The notes beneath the pieces were generated by a model that saw nothing but the letters and a program-made list of their open reading frames with translations, was not told where the DNA came from and did no database searches. The translations under genes and the position numbers were made by a program. From an uncultured Eubacteriales bacterium (GTDB taxonomy: Bacteria; Bacillota; Clostridia; Oscillospirales; CAG-272), in contig CAKSDZ010000005.1 of assembly GCA_934446365.1 (NCBI GenBank), forward strand, positions 9,685 to 73,684: a stretch of DNA of 64,000 bases, written 5' to 3'. Below are positions 47,542 through 60,091 of the stretch, piece by piece (positions within the stretch are counted from its first letter, which is position 1; each line of letters starts with the position of its first letter).

Positions 47542-48920
47542 AACCGAAGAATGGCCTCGGCATAAATCTTGGCGGAAAGTGTGAGGTGCTCCAATGATAT
47601 AAATTCATCGGCACCGTGCATACGGCTCTCCGTACCGGGAAATTCTGCGCCGAACGCCACACCGCCGTCCACATTATGGACATAGGTACCCCCGCCGATG
47701 GCAATGCAATGCCCGTTTTTATTGGTCAGCTCCGTATAAACGGACAAAAGTGTTTTTATAAATTCGCTGTTTTCATCCACATAATGCGGTTCGTTCCCGT
47801 TCCATTCATCGATCGCAAGCCCTGCCCTTGCGGCGGCTCTCTCAAAGCCGGCCCTCACCTTCTCCGATGTCCGGCAAATCGGGAATCGGATATCAAAGCG
47901 CCCCTCAAAGCTGCCTTTTTCAAAGGAAAAAACGCTGAAAACGAAAGTCAGCGCACCGGATTTCTCATCGGAAGCCGCAATTCCGAGCGAAGAACCGTCC
48001 GTCTCGCCAAATCGGAATATTTCAGATAGTCCCGCAAAAAACGCCGAAGTGCCGTCGTCCGTCGGCAGCGCGCCGAGAAAGGCAAGAAGCGCCGTTACGG
48101 CATTTTTTCCGTCCTCCGGCGTGGAGGCATGCGCACTTTTCCCCTTGACGGTCACATTTATGATATCGTTTTCCACCGCATATTCGAGAATCACACCCTC
48201 CGGCAAAGCCTTTTTCGCCGCCGCAAGCTCTTCTCCGGAAAAGCCGCGAAGCGAAGCATACGCTCTGTCCGGCACCGCGTTGACGACGGTTCCGCCGGAA
48301 ACGGATAAAATCGTCTTTTTCCCGTCGGCGGTGATTTTCTTTATGACCTTGCCGCGCACCATGCCTTTTTCCAAATTGATCACGGGAAAGCTTCCGTCCG
48401 GTGTGAATACGCGTGGCGGCAGCGCTTCCTTTTTCCGGTAATATGCGAGGTCGGACGAGCCGCACTCCTCGTCGCAGCCGACAAGAAACCGCACATTCTG
48501 CGAAAGCTCATATCCGCATTCACGGAGCGCGCGAAGCGCAAAAAGAACAGCGACGGCCGGTCCTTTGTCATCTGCGGAGCCGCGTCCGAGCAGCTTGCCG
48601 CCGGCAAGCGTCAGCGTATACGGCGGATTGCTCCAACCGGTCCCCTCCGGGACGACGTCGAGATGACAGAGCACGCCGAGTGTCGTCTCCTTTGAGGGGT
48701 CAAAATCGATCGTCCCCATATAATTCTCATGATTTTTGACGGTAAAACCGTATTTTTCCGCCATTTCCAGCATTTTTGCAAGCGCGCGCGCCGGTTCCTT
48801 CCCGTACGGCATTCCTGCCTCGGCCTCTCCGCGAACGCTCGGAATCGCGACAAGCGACGACAGCGCCGCAATCATATCGCCGGCATGATCATCGATATAT
48901 TTGCTGATTTTCAGCTGCAT
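47532..48920 (-). CDS. pepV: M20-family dipeptidase (PepV/Sapep-type)
   Basis: 462 aa. HLDVVPEG, GRGSADDKGP, DEECGS, and a C-terminal GGGTY motif. Confidence 0.82.
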   Translation of the reverse strand: MQLKISKYIDDHAGDMIAALSSLVAIPSVRGEAEAGMPYGKEPARALAKMLEMAEKYGFTVKNHENYMGTIDFDPSKETTLGVLCHLDVVPEGTGWSNPPYTLTLAGGKLLGRGSADDKGPAVAVLFALRALRECGYELSQNVRFLVGCDEECGSSDLAYYRKKEALPPRVFTPDGSFPVINLEKGMVRGKVIKKITADGKKTILSVSGGTVVNAVPDRAYASLRGFSGEELAAAKKALPEGVILEYAVENDIINVTVKGKSAHASTPEDGKNAVTALLAFLGALPTDDGTSAFFAGLSEIFRFGETDGSSLGIAASDEKSGALTFVFSVFSFEKGSFEGRFDIRFPICRTSEKVRAGFERAAARAGLAIDEWNGNEPHYVDENSEFIKTLLSVYTELTNKNGHCIAIGGGTYVHNVDGGVAFGAEFPGTESRMHGADEFISLEHLTLSAKIYAEAILRLCM

Positions 48921-49008
48921 AAAAACCCCTCTCCCCGCCTTGCGGCCTTGATTTTTAATTACCGATCACGGTTTATTGTATGACAAACCCGCAAACCGGT
49001 ATACAACA

Positions 49009-49548
49009 TCATTTTGAAAGAATATATTTTTTCCCTGCCACCGCCCGCAGTCTGTCACGGACGGCATTTTCATCCTCCGTGGAGGAAAAGCCGATTTTTG
49101 CGACGATGAAAGCGCCGGCAGTCGTATAAATATAAAATTCGCCGCTCGTTTCCCATACCTTTTTAATCATTTGATAGGAATAAGTCTCTTTTGCGCTTAT
49201 TTTTTCGGACTGTACTTGAATTTCGACATTTTCATCATGAAATATATATTCCGCACATGAAATTCCGCGAGACTGATAGGTTCTTGCAAGCTTTTTCCGG
49301 TAAAAAATGCGCCAAATGACCCAAAATACCGTCAGCAGAAGATAGAGTCCGGAGACAAAATACCGATCGGTATCGTCCCCTATCCCCCAGTTGACAACAG
49401 ACATGACAACGATCAGGACAACAAGCAACAGAGCGATTCCATAATAAATCCAATTCAGAAAACGGTGTTTTTTAAACAGGCTCGACCAAAAGCAGGCAAA
49501 CCGTTTCATGAGAGATTCATCAAAGTTTGTTTGATTGACGATATTCAT
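49009..49548 (-). CDS. YcxB-like membrane protein (paralog 2)
   Basis: The track start at 49611 overlaps the upstream paralog. GGGAGG lies 7 nt before the ATG at 49548 (MNIVNQTNF). That start gives 179 aa, matching the 178-aa neighbour. Two TM helices plus a YcxB-type C-terminal beta domain. Confidence 0.6.
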   Translation of the reverse strand: MNIVNQTNFDESLMKRFACFWSSLFKKHRFLNWIYYGIALLLVVLIVVMSVVNWGIGDDTDRYFVSGLYLLLTVFWVIWRIFYRKKLARTYQSRGISCAEYIFHDENVEIQVQSEKISAKETYSYQMIKKVWETSGEFYIYTTAGAFIVAKIGFSSTEDENAVRDRLRAVAGKKYILSK

Positions 49549-49582
49549 GCAAAAGCCTCCCGATCCAAAGTTCTGATTGGCA

Positions 49583-50119
49583 TCAACAAAACTTGAAATA
49601 TCGATTGCCAAGCTTTGTTTTTAACTTCTCACGCAGCAAAACCGCGCCATTTTCCGCATCGAAAGCATCCTTTTGAAGGATATAGACCTTATCTTTCGCA
49701 GCATACAAATAAAAAAACTTTTTGAGTTCATAGCATTTGACAATCGCGGAATCGTCAAAATCGACAGCGCCGGCACTGTCTTTTGCAGAAAACTCGACAT
49801 GAAAAGCTTCATCCCGGAAAACAAAGTGAATGGTAAACGGCTGTTTCTTCTTCCATGTCACTGCGAGCAAAAAGATAACAATCATGACAGGATAAATTAC
49901 AAATAAAGCAGATAATACAAACAACCGATTACTGAGAAAAGCGGAAAGACGCGCTTCCAATGTATTTTCCAAATAAAATCCGATAATCCCCATGGCAAAC
50001 GAGAAAACGAAAAGAAGAATATTCCATCTGCCGGCCTTTTTTATCGGACACAATGCAAAAAAAGAGAATGCCCGCAAGGTTTTCTTGTCGTATACCGTCG
50101 TACCGGAAAGTTCCATCAT
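49583..50119 (-). CDS. YcxB-like membrane protein (paralog 1)
   Basis: 178 aa with the same architecture as 49009-49548. Its start overlaps the recX stop (ATGA). Confidence 0.6.
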   Translation of the reverse strand: MMELSGTTVYDKKTLRAFSFFALCPIKKAGRWNILLFVFSFAMGIIGFYLENTLEARLSAFLSNRLFVLSALFVIYPVMIVIFLLAVTWKKKQPFTIHFVFRDEAFHVEFSAKDSAGAVDFDDSAIVKCYELKKFFYLYAAKDKVYILQKDAFDAENGAVLLREKLKTKLGNRYFKFC

Positions 50120-50778
50120 GATTCCTCCGTGAGAAGCCGCTCCGCCGCCGCCTTGATATCCTCATAGGTAAAGCCGTACCGCATCAGCGCCGCAACCGTT
50201 TTCTGCCTCTGATTCCGGTCCGTCAAAAGCTCCCAGCCGCCCATCATATCCATGCGCTTTGCGCAGATTTCGACAAAATCCTCATCTTCCATTGAGGCCA
50301 TGACTTCTTTTATCACATCTCCGTCAAAGCCTTTGGCGTAAAGCTCCTTTTTGATGCGGTTTCTGCCGTAAAGCTTCCGTTTTGCCAGTGTTTCCGAAAA
50401 AAGCTGCGCGTCGTTTTTTTCATGGATAAAGCCATGTGACAGGAGATATTCCACAGCTGCGGATGCCGCCTCTGCAGAATATCCCTTCTGCATGAGCTTT
50501 CTTTTCAGCGTTTTCGCCGTATTCTGCGCATATTCAAGCAAAGACAGCCCTTTTTTGATTGCCGCCGTCTTTTCGATGCAGAAAATCAGTTCATCGCATC
50601 GATTCTTGTCAATGGCAATCGGAGAGGTAAACTCCCACGGCAGTCCAAGCTCCATAAGCATTTCCGCCAACAGGTTCCCTTTTAAATTCTGCACGGCACT
50701 TCCGCTGCAAATTCGGACGGAAACTGCCGCTTCGGCGCCGCCCGCCATCGCACGGATTTCGGTAACGGTGATTTCCAT
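50116..50778 (-). CDS. recX: Recombination regulator RecX
   Basis: 220 aa, three-repeat helical RecX pattern (LLEYAQNTAKTLKRKLMQKGYS...AVEYLLSHGFI...). Lies immediately after recA. Confidence 0.85.
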   Translation of the reverse strand: MEITVTEIRAMAGGAEAAVSVRICSGSAVQNLKGNLLAEMLMELGLPWEFTSPIAIDKNRCDELIFCIEKTAAIKKGLSLLEYAQNTAKTLKRKLMQKGYSAEAASAAVEYLLSHGFIHEKNDAQLFSETLAKRKLYGRNRIKKELYAKGFDGDVIKEVMASMEDEDFVEICAKRMDMMGGWELLTDRNQRQKTVAALMRYGFTYEDIKAAAERLLTEES

Positions 50779-50783
50779 ACAGC

Positions 50784-51911
50784 TCAGTCGTCGTTTTCGA
50801 TATCGAGAACACGGATATCGAATTCGTCACCGGCGCCGTCCTCGTCATCCTCCAAGGAATACGCCTCGCCGGCGGAAAGATCCAGCTCATCTCCATGCGC
50901 CTTGATTTTTTCTTCCAGCTCTTTCATCAGAGCAGGGCTTGCGGCAATCGTTTTTCTGGCGTTGTCCTTGCCCTGTGCGAGCTTTTCTCCGTTATAGGAG
51001 AACCAAGAGCCGCTCTTTTGCACAAGACCGAGCTCCATCGCGATATCCACGATCTCGCCGGCTTTGGAGATTCCTTTTCCGTAGAGGATATCAAATTCCG
51101 CAATACGGAAAGGCGGCGCGACCTTGTTTTTCACAACCTTGCATTTAACACGGTTGCCGTATACCTCGTCGCCCTGTTTGAGATTTTCAATCTTGCGCAC
51201 GTCGATTCTCACCGACGAGTAGAATTTCAGTGCCCGACCGCCCGGCGTCGTTTCAGGGTTGCCGTACATTACGCCGACTTTTTCTCTGAGCTGATTGATA
51301 AAAATGACGACGCAGTTCGTCTTTGCAATCGAGCCGGAAAGCTTGCGCAGCGCCTGGCTCATCAGTCTCGCCTGCAAACCGACATGGCTGGAGCCCATAT
51401 CGCCGTCGATTTCCTGCTGCGGAACGAGCGCCGCCACGGAGTCCACCACGACGACGTCGATTGCCCCGGAACGCACGAGCGCATCCGTGATTTCAAGCGC
51501 CTGCTCGCCGCTGTCGGGCTGCGACACCAAGAGATTGTCGATGTTGACGCCGAGCGCCTTCGCATAAACGGGGTCCAGCGCATGCTCCGCATCGATGAAC
51601 GCCGCTTCTCCCCCAAGCTTCTGCACCTCGGCCGCAATATGGAGTGCGACGGTCGTCTTACCGGAGGATTCCGGCCCGAAAATCTCTACGATTCTGCCGC
51701 GCGGCACGCCCCCGATGCCGAGTGCGAGGTCAAGCGTCAGCGATCCTGTCGGAATCGCCTCCACGTTCATATGCGCGTTTTCGCCGAGCTTCATAATCGT
51801 TCCCTTGCCGAAATCCTTTTCGATTTGGGAAAGCGCCGTCGCAAGCGCTTTTTTCTTGTCCTCGGCGGAAACCGGCGCTACGACCGCACTTTTTTTCTTT
51901 TTATCTGCCAT
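50784..51911 (-). CDS. recA: Recombinase A
   Basis: 375 aa. GPESSGKTT Walker [18 protein letters not shown], and an acidic C-terminal tail. Confidence 0.95.
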   Translation of the reverse strand: MADKKKKSAVVAPVSAEDKKKALATALSQIEKDFGKGTIMKLGENAHMNVEAIPTGSLTLDLALGIGGVPRGRIVEIFGPESSGKTTVALHIAAEVQKLGGEAAFIDAEHALDPVYAKALGVNIDNLLVSQPDSGEQALEITDALVRSGAIDVVVVDSVAALVPQQEIDGDMGSSHVGLQARLMSQALRKLSGSIAKTNCVVIFINQLREKVGVMYGNPETTPGGRALKFYSSVRIDVRKIENLKQGDEVYGNRVKCKVVKNKVAPPFRIAEFDILYGKGISKAGEIVDIAMELGLVQKSGSWFSYNGEKLAQGKDNARKTIAASPALMKELEEKIKAHGDELDLSAGEAYSLEDDEDGAGDEFDIRVLDIENDD

Positions 51912-51940
51912 ATTCCTGTCCCAATCCTTTCTCAGTTTGT

Positions 51941-54481
51941 TCAGATATCGTCGTCGGAGACATCGATTGCTTCCTCCTCGTCCGTTTTCATTGTCTCTTC
52001 CGTTTGCTCGGCTTTGCCGGCTGCCGCCTCAATCTCCGCCGTTTCTTCCTCCTCGGATTTCACCGCCGCAAAGCTGATGATATGCGCGTCGGCGGCCAGT
52101 CTCATGATGATAACGCCGGCCGTATTGTTCCCCTCATAAACCGGGATTCCCGAAACAGGCGTGCGAATCATTGTTCCGTCGTTGGTAATAATCATAATAT
52201 CGTCGTTTTCACCGACGGAAGCAATTCCCGCAAGATATCCCGTCTTGCCCGTGATTTTTTGGCAGATGATGCCCATCGTGCCGCGGCTGTGCGCCGTATA
52301 GATATCAAACGCATTGCGTTTCCCGTATCCCTTTTCGGTCAAAGTAATCAGATGGCGGTTCTTCTCTACGATTGCCGCGCCGATGACGACATCGTCGCCG
52401 CGCAGCTTGATTCCGCGCACACCGCGCGCCGCACGTCCCATCACACGGGCATCCGTCTCCTTAAAGCGGACGGCTTTCCCCTCGCGTGTGGCGAGAATCA
52501 CGTCGTTTTCTCCCGTCGTGTGCTTGACAAAAACAAGCTCGTCTCCGTCATCCAAATGAATGGCGATTTTGCCGCCCTTTCTCTGATACTCAAAATCTTT
52601 GATGTTCGCACGCTTGACGATGCCATGCCTTGTGACCATGACAAAGTACTCGTTTTCCTCAAAGCCCGCAACCGAAATAACGGAGGTAATCTTCTCTCCC
52701 TCGCCCATATCGATTACATTTACGATATTGGTGCCCTTCGCCGTCCGGGAAGCCTCGGGAATCTGATAGGCTTTTTTCATATAAACTCTGCCCGTATTGG
52801 TGAACAGAAGCAGACAACTGTGGGAATCCGCGATGATGACGTCCTCGACAAAATCCTCCTCCTTTGTGGTCATGCCGATGATGCCCTTTCCGCCGCGCTT
52901 CTGCGCGGAATACGTCGCGGCAGGCGCGCGCTTGATATAACCCGCGTGCGTCATCGTAATCACACATTCATGCCGCTCAATGAGGTCCTCGTCGATGATA
53001 TCGTCGATTGCGGAGGAAATCTCCGTGCGTCTCCCGTCCGAAAATTTCTCCTTGATGGCGAGAAGCTCTTCCTCCAAAATGGATTGCAGCTTGCTCTCGT
53101 CCGCGAGAATGCCTTCCAGCTCTTCAATTAAAGCCTGTTTTGCGGCCAGCTCATCCTCGATTTTAAGCCGTTCAAGTCCCGCAAGGCTTCCGAGCGTCAT
53201 ATCGACAATCGCCTGCGCCTGAACCTGTGAGAGGCCGAACCTGCTCACAAGCGCATCCCTTGCATCCTGCTTTGACGAGCTCTTTCGGATGGTATCGATG
53301 ACTTCGTCGATATCGTCGAGCGCGAGCTTGAGCCCTTCGAGAATATGCACTCTGGCACGTGTTCTGTCAAGCTCAAAAATCGTTCTGCGGCGAATGACGT
53401 TCTCTTGGTGCGCAATATAATGACGCAGAATATCCCGCAAACCGAGCAGCTTCGGTTCCCCATTCACAAGTGCAATCATATTGACGGCACAGGTGTCCTG
53501 AAGCTGTGTATATTTATAAAGCTGATTGAGAATCACCTGTCCATTGGCGTCGCGGCGGTATTCAATGACGATTTTCATGCCCGCCTTGCCGGATTCGTCG
53601 CGGATTTCCGTGATACCGTCGACACGCTTGTCCTTGACAAGCTCCGCAATCGACTCCACAAGCATGCTTTTGTTGACCTGATACGGAATCTCCGTCACGA
53701 CGATTCTGCGTTTGTTTTCGTCCACTTCGGCGCGCGCACGCACGATAATGCGTCCCTTGCCGGTCTGATATGCCTGATAAATGCCGGAGGAACCGCAGAT
53801 AATGCCATAGGTTGGGAAATCCGGCCCCTTGATATAATTCATCAGCTCCGCGACGGTTGCATCCGGATGCTTCATAAAATAGATTGTCCCGTCAATAACC
53901 TCTCCGAGATTATGGGGCGGCACATTCGTCGCCATACCGACGGCGATTCCCACCGAGCCGTTGACAAGAAGATTCGGGAATCTCGACGGAAGCACCTGCG
54001 GCTCTTCAAGGCGGTTATCGAAGTTCGGATCGAAATCGACAACATTCTTGTCGATATCCGTCATCATTTCGTTGGCGAGCCTCGACATTCTCGCCTCCGT
54101 ATAACGGTAAGCGGCGGCGCCGTCGCCGTCTACGTTGCCGAAGTTTCCGTGTCCTTCGACGAGCGGATAACGCATATTGAACGGCTGTGCAAGACGCACC
54201 ATCGCGTCGTAAACGGAAGCGTCTCCGTGCGGATGATAACGGCCGAGCACGTTTCCGACCGTCGTCGCGGATTTGCAGAACGGTCTGTCATAGGTCAGCT
54301 TATCCTGATACATTGCGTAAAGGATTCTGCGGTGGACAGGCTTGAGTCCGTCGCGGACATCGGGAAGCGCACGTGCCACAATGACGCTCATCGCATATTC
54401 GATGAACGATTTCTGCACGCGCTTTCCCATTTCCACGTCGACTATTTTCTGATTTTCATACGATATGTCTCTGTGTTCCAT
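51941..54481 (-). CDS. gyrA: DNA gyrase subunit A
   Basis: 846 aa. [28 protein letters not shown], active-site [10 protein letters not shown], and a beta-pinwheel CTD with an acidic tail. Confidence 0.95.
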   Translation of the reverse strand: MEHRDISYENQKIVDVEMGKRVQKSFIEYAMSVIVARALPDVRDGLKPVHRRILYAMYQDKLTYDRPFCKSATTVGNVLGRYHPHGDASVYDAMVRLAQPFNMRYPLVEGHGNFGNVDGDGAAAYRYTEARMSRLANEMMTDIDKNVVDFDPNFDNRLEEPQVLPSRFPNLLVNGSVGIAVGMATNVPPHNLGEVIDGTIYFMKHPDATVAELMNYIKGPDFPTYGIICGSSGIYQAYQTGKGRIIVRARAEVDENKRRIVVTEIPYQVNKSMLVESIAELVKDKRVDGITEIRDESGKAGMKIVIEYRRDANGQVILNQLYKYTQLQDTCAVNMIALVNGEPKLLGLRDILRHYIAHQENVIRRRTIFELDRTRARVHILEGLKLALDDIDEVIDTIRKSSSKQDARDALVSRFGLSQVQAQAIVDMTLGSLAGLERLKIEDELAAKQALIEELEGILADESKLQSILEEELLAIKEKFSDGRRTEISSAIDDIIDEDLIERHECVITMTHAGYIKRAPAATYSAQKRGGKGIIGMTTKEEDFVEDVIIADSHSCLLLFTNTGRVYMKKAYQIPEASRTAKGTNIVNVIDMGEGEKITSVISVAGFEENEYFVMVTRHGIVKRANIKDFEYQRKGGKIAIHLDDGDELVFVKHTTGENDVILATREGKAVRFKETDARVMGRAARGVRGIKLRGDDVVIGAAIVEKNRHLITLTEKGYGKRNAFDIYTAHSRGTMGIICQKITGKTGYLAGIASVGENDDIMIITNDGTMIRTPVSGIPVYEGNNTAGVIIMRLAADAHIISFAAVKSEEEETAEIEAAAGKAEQTEETMKTDEEEAIDVSDDDI

Positions 54482-54520
54482 GAATTTTGAAATCCCTTTC
54501 GTTTTCTCACTTATCGGAGA

Positions 54521-56464
<1,944 letters not shown>

Positions 56465-56480
56465 TCATACATGTTCCGAA

Positions 56481-56735
56481 TCAAAGAATATCCTCTGCCC
56501 TTTGACAGAGTGTTTTTACCGACAGCTGTGAAAAATAAACGGTGTTTTTTCCCTTTACCGCCGTCACGACGAACGATTTCGGAAGTTCGTACGTCACATT
56601 CACGGTTTCTCCTCTTTTTTCACTGCCGGAGAGATAATTTTTTGTATTTTTCGATATCGTTGCGGTATCCGTATCGAATATCCCGACGATATCGGAAAGC
56701 TTAATATTTTTGTTGTTCCCCACATGAAGATACAT
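56481..56735 (-). CDS. remB: DUF370 protein RemB/YaaB-like
   Basis: 84 aa. Conserved position between recF and gyrB. IVGIFDTDTATIS motif. Confidence 0.72.
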   Translation of the reverse strand: MYLHVGNNKNIKLSDIVGIFDTDTATISKNTKNYLSGSEKRGETVNVTYELPKSFVVTAVKGKNTVYFSQLSVKTLCQRAEDIL

Positions 56736-56741
56736 AAAACC

Positions 56742-57113
56742 TCACAGAATACTGACTATCAATAAAGTTAAATAACCAATCGGGCATATAAGTGCCAAAA
56801 CTCCATTGACTGCAAGAAGTGCACGCGCCGAATTGCGCGTTGCTCTCACCTCACACTTAACATTGAAGCAAGACAAAACCGCACCGATAAGCCCTGATAT
56901 CGCAGCAGCGATTGATATCATCATGGCACGCCCCAATGCCGCCATGCTCAAAAATTCAATAAAAATCATTGCCGGAGTGTCACTTTCGCTTGCCGCCGCC
57001 GTAATTTCCAAAAAGCTCGAAAACGCAAAGATGAGCGGAAAATACAATAAAATGCTGAACATGAGAAAAAGAATCGAAAAACACCAGCAAGACAGATGCT
57101 CTTTTTTCAGCAT
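56742..57113 (-). CDS. Hypothetical membrane protein (4 TM)
   Basis: 123 aa, entirely hydrophobic helices. Inserted between recF and remB. Confidence 0.45.
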   Translation of the reverse strand: MLKKEHLSCWCFSILFLMFSILLYFPLIFAFSSFLEITAAASESDTPAMIFIEFLSMAALGRAMMISIAAAISGLIGAVLSCFNVKCEVRATRNSARALLAVNGVLALICPIGYLTLLIVSIL

Positions 57114-57262
57114 AAGATTTCCTCCCGTCGGCGATATGATAAAATTCTTTTCCTTATGAGAGACGAGAAGTGCTATTGATTATCTGTATGCATAAAAATA
57201 TCGCAAACAGAGACAGGACAATCGCAAGAATCCAGCGGATTTTCTCTTTTCGGGCAGATTTA

Positions 57263-58381
57263 TCACCGGTAAGTATAGGTTCCATTCTCAACATAAATCC
57301 TCGTCGTATTTCCAATGCCTTCAAAATCGCTTTCGTCACAGGTCGTGATAATCACCTGTCTCCCCGAAAGCTCGGAAAGAATATAATTCTTCCGGTCGCG
57401 GTCAAGCTCGGAAAGGACATCGTCGAGCAAAAAAACCGGGTATTCGCCGCTTTCCTCCCTTGAAATTTCACCCTCCGCAAGCTTCATGGAAAGCGCAATG
57501 CTTCTTTGCTGGCCTTGGGATGCGAAAATTTTCGCATTTTTCCCGTCAAGCCGGATTTCAAAATCGTCACGGTGTGCGCCCGCCAGCGTGGAGCCGATCA
57601 AAATTTCCTTTTGTATATCCTTAGAGAGCACTCTTCTGTATTTTTCCAGATTCGTTTCTTTATCGAAAAGCTCTTCCATCGTTTCACCCGCAATATGAGA
57701 TAAATACCGAATATCAACGCTTTCCCGCCCGTTTGTCATCTCCGCCATATAATGGCCCACATGCGTGAAAAGGCGATCCAAATATTTCGCCCTTATCTGC
57801 GTGATAAAAGCGGCGCTTTGCGCCAGCTTTTCCGATAAAATCTCAACTGTCAGGGAAAAGCCCTCCCGATTTTCCTCATAGTTTCGGAGAAGCGCATTTC
57901 TCTGCTCCAATATTTTTTTGTGTTCCATCAGCGCGGCAAGGTAAGGTCTGTTTATCTGAGAGATCGCATGGTCGAGGAAGCTTCGCCTTTCCGCCGGCTC
58001 GCTTTTTACAATGGCGAGGTGCTCCGGGCAGAATAATACCGCCTTAAAATTTCCGATGAAATTCGACATCCTGCCGATCTTAACGCCGTTTTTGAACATC
58101 TCCTTGGAAAGATCGCGGAAAAGCCGTATCGACATTTTGTTTTCCCTCACGGAATCGACATAGGCGATGCTGATCTGCCCATGATTTTCCTCCGATTTGA
58201 TGAGATCTCTTTCCTTGGCATGACGAAAGCTTTTCCCGCTGCCGAAAAGATAAATCCCCTCAATCACATTTGTTTTTCCTTGGGCGTTTTTTCCGTAAAG
58301 GATATTGATTCCCCGATCAAATGAAAAAGGAAAATGCTCGATATTTCTGTAATTTTCAAATACGGCGCAGTCAAGATACAT
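57263..58381 (-). CDS. recF: DNA replication and repair protein RecF
   Basis: 372 aa. Walker A GKNAQGKTN, signature SQGQQRSIALSMKLAE, Walker B VFLLDDV. Confidence 0.92.
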   Translation of the reverse strand: MYLDCAVFENYRNIEHFPFSFDRGINILYGKNAQGKTNVIEGIYLFGSGKSFRHAKERDLIKSEENHGQISIAYVDSVRENKMSIRLFRDLSKEMFKNGVKIGRMSNFIGNFKAVLFCPEHLAIVKSEPAERRSFLDHAISQINRPYLAALMEHKKILEQRNALLRNYEENREGFSLTVEILSEKLAQSAAFITQIRAKYLDRLFTHVGHYMAEMTNGRESVDIRYLSHIAGETMEELFDKETNLEKYRRVLSKDIQKEILIGSTLAGAHRDDFEIRLDGKNAKIFASQGQQRSIALSMKLAEGEISREESGEYPVFLLDDVLSELDRDRKNYILSELSGRQVIITTCDESDFEGIGNTTRIYVENGTYTYR

Positions 58382-58383
58382 AC

Positions 58384-59562
58384 TCAGTCTCTCATTTTGA
58401 CGGGGAGCGCGAGATACAAGAAGCTGGAACCATCCTCTCTCATGCTCGCCCCTTCTATAATCATACTCATATAGGAGGACGTCAAAGACAGCTTCAAAAC
58501 GTCGTCGTCCGTCGCACGCAGGATTTCAATCAAATATTTGCACGGGAAGTAAATTTCAAGGTCGTCGCCCTTTTTCTCGATGTTGATTTCATCAAAGAAA
58601 TTTCCGGACACGGATACCACGCTGACGCCGAGCAAATTCTCGCCAAACTGAAAACGCACGTTGCTTTTTGCCTGTCCCGCGACTCTTTCCTCCGTCACGA
58701 CGGCAGCTCTTTCAAGCGAATCCTCAAGGGCGTTTCTGTCGATTTCCACAAAGGTTTTGCTTTCTTTCGGAATGAATCTCTTATATTCGATATAAGGTAC
58801 GTCGATCAGACGTGAGAAAAGCGTCGCTTCCTTCTCCTCGGCTCCGCATTTCATGCCGAAGCTGAAAAGCGCATGCTTTCTCGTCAGAGAAAACTGAACA
58901 GTTTCATCCTTATCTTCAAGAAGCCTTGCAAGCTCCGCCACGGTTTTCCCGGGTATCAGGAAGCTGATTTCCGTTTCTCCGCCTTTGGTCACGATATTCG
59001 TTCCGTATTTTACATTTCTCACAGCCAGCTGATAGCTGTCGCAGCCGACGACGGTCACGCCGTCCTCCGCAATCTCAAAATAAAGTCCCATCAAGGCAGG
59101 ACGTGTCTCGTCCTGCGCCACGGCAAACATGGTCTGATTGATCAGCCTTTTGAGCATCTTCTGCGGGAGAGAAAAACGCCTGTCCGGATTGAGCTCCGGC
59201 ATCTGAGGAAACGCATCTCCCGAAATATAATGGAGCTGAAACTTTGTGCGGCCGCTCGAAATCGTCGCAAGCCCGCCTTCTCCCTCGTCCGCCGTTTCAA
59301 TCGTGACGTCGCCGGGCATATATTTGACAATGCTGGAAAGCTTGTTTCCGTTCATAACGATAGCACCACCGCTTTCAACCTGCGCGCTTATCATGATTTT
59401 GATTCCTTTTTCGAGATCATAAGCGCAAAGCTGGCATTTCTTTTCTCCGATTGTCGTAATCAGGATTCCTTCTATCGCGTTGATGGTTTTTTCCGTGGAA
59501 ACGCATCCGAGGGATTTTGTGATGGCGAGCAGCAGCTCGTCCTTTTTGAAGGTGACTTTCAT
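58384..59562 (-). CDS. dnaN: DNA polymerase III beta sliding clamp
   Basis: The track ORF starts at 59622. AGGAGG precedes the ATG at 59562 (MKVTFKKDELL, a typical DnaN N-terminus). Three-domain clamp of typical length. Confidence 0.92.
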   Translation of the reverse strand: MKVTFKKDELLLAITKSLGCVSTEKTINAIEGILITTIGEKKCQLCAYDLEKGIKIMISAQVESGGAIVMNGNKLSSIVKYMPGDVTIETADEGEGGLATISSGRTKFQLHYISGDAFPQMPELNPDRRFSLPQKMLKRLINQTMFAVAQDETRPALMGLYFEIAEDGVTVVGCDSYQLAVRNVKYGTNIVTKGGETEISFLIPGKTVAELARLLEDKDETVQFSLTRKHALFSFGMKCGAEEKEATLFSRLIDVPYIEYKRFIPKESKTFVEIDRNALEDSLERAAVVTEERVAGQAKSNVRFQFGENLLGVSVVSVSGNFFDEINIEKKGDDLEIYFPCKYLIEILRATDDDVLKLSLTSSYMSMIIEGASMREDGSSFLYLALPVKMRD

Positions 59563-59622
59563 GGTTCCTCCTGCCTTTCGATATTGATATGCAGAGCATC
59601 TGCCGTATTGTATTTTCAACAT

Positions 59623-60091
59623 CGTTCTCTTTTCGTTGTTCTTTTAAAAAGAGAAGATAAAAATAATGTTTGTAGTATTCGTGTTAGAGTGCGTCGAAAC
59701 TTTTGAAAACCCGAAAAAATCTTAGAATGAACGGGAAAAAGCGGATTTTCTCTTTGTGAAAAAGTGTTTTGAAAATCGGGAGAAATTTTGTTTTCGTCTG
59801 TGAAAAACCGGATTGAAAAAGCGCGGATGGGTAAAATCTGAAAAAATAAGTCTGTGGAAAAGAAGAATTTGTGGAGAAAAAGTTGGAGAGAATTTTGATT
59901 TCCAAAAATGGAAAATCAAACGGAAGAAACAGTAAGAGTCTAAAATTGGTGAATGTTGAAAAAATTTCAAATTTTCAACAAGGAATATGGGAGCAAAAAG
60001 AGAAGAAAATCAAGATTTTCAACAGGTTTTTCCACAGCCTGTGGAAAAATAAAATTCAGAATCAAAGAACTGCTTTTCCATTTCCAATTTG
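59623..60091. other. oriC-type DnaA-box cluster in the dnaA-dnaN spacer
   Basis: A-rich 470-bp non-coding spacer. One-mismatch DnaA boxes TGTGGAAAA at 59853-59861 and 60040-60048, TTTTCCACA at 60028-36, and TGTGGAGAA at 59870-78. Two-mismatch TGTGAAAAA boxes near 59754 and 59799. Confidence 0.7.

Noticed and set aside
51912-52200. Search for a LexA/Cheo box (GAAC-n4-GTTC) and a promoter upstream of recA.
   Set aside because: None was found by eye in the 29-nt gap or in the last ~260 nt of gyrA. This is reported as a negative observation only. A degenerate or lineage-specific LexA motif cannot be excluded without a genome-wide motif model.
57154-57339. 61-aa ORF with one TM helix overlapping the 3' end of recF.
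   Set aside because: - It overlaps recF by 20-77 nt, depending on the start chosen.
- The SD spacing is only weak.
- No homology is recognisable.
- It could be a real small membrane protein, but the support is insufficient to call it.
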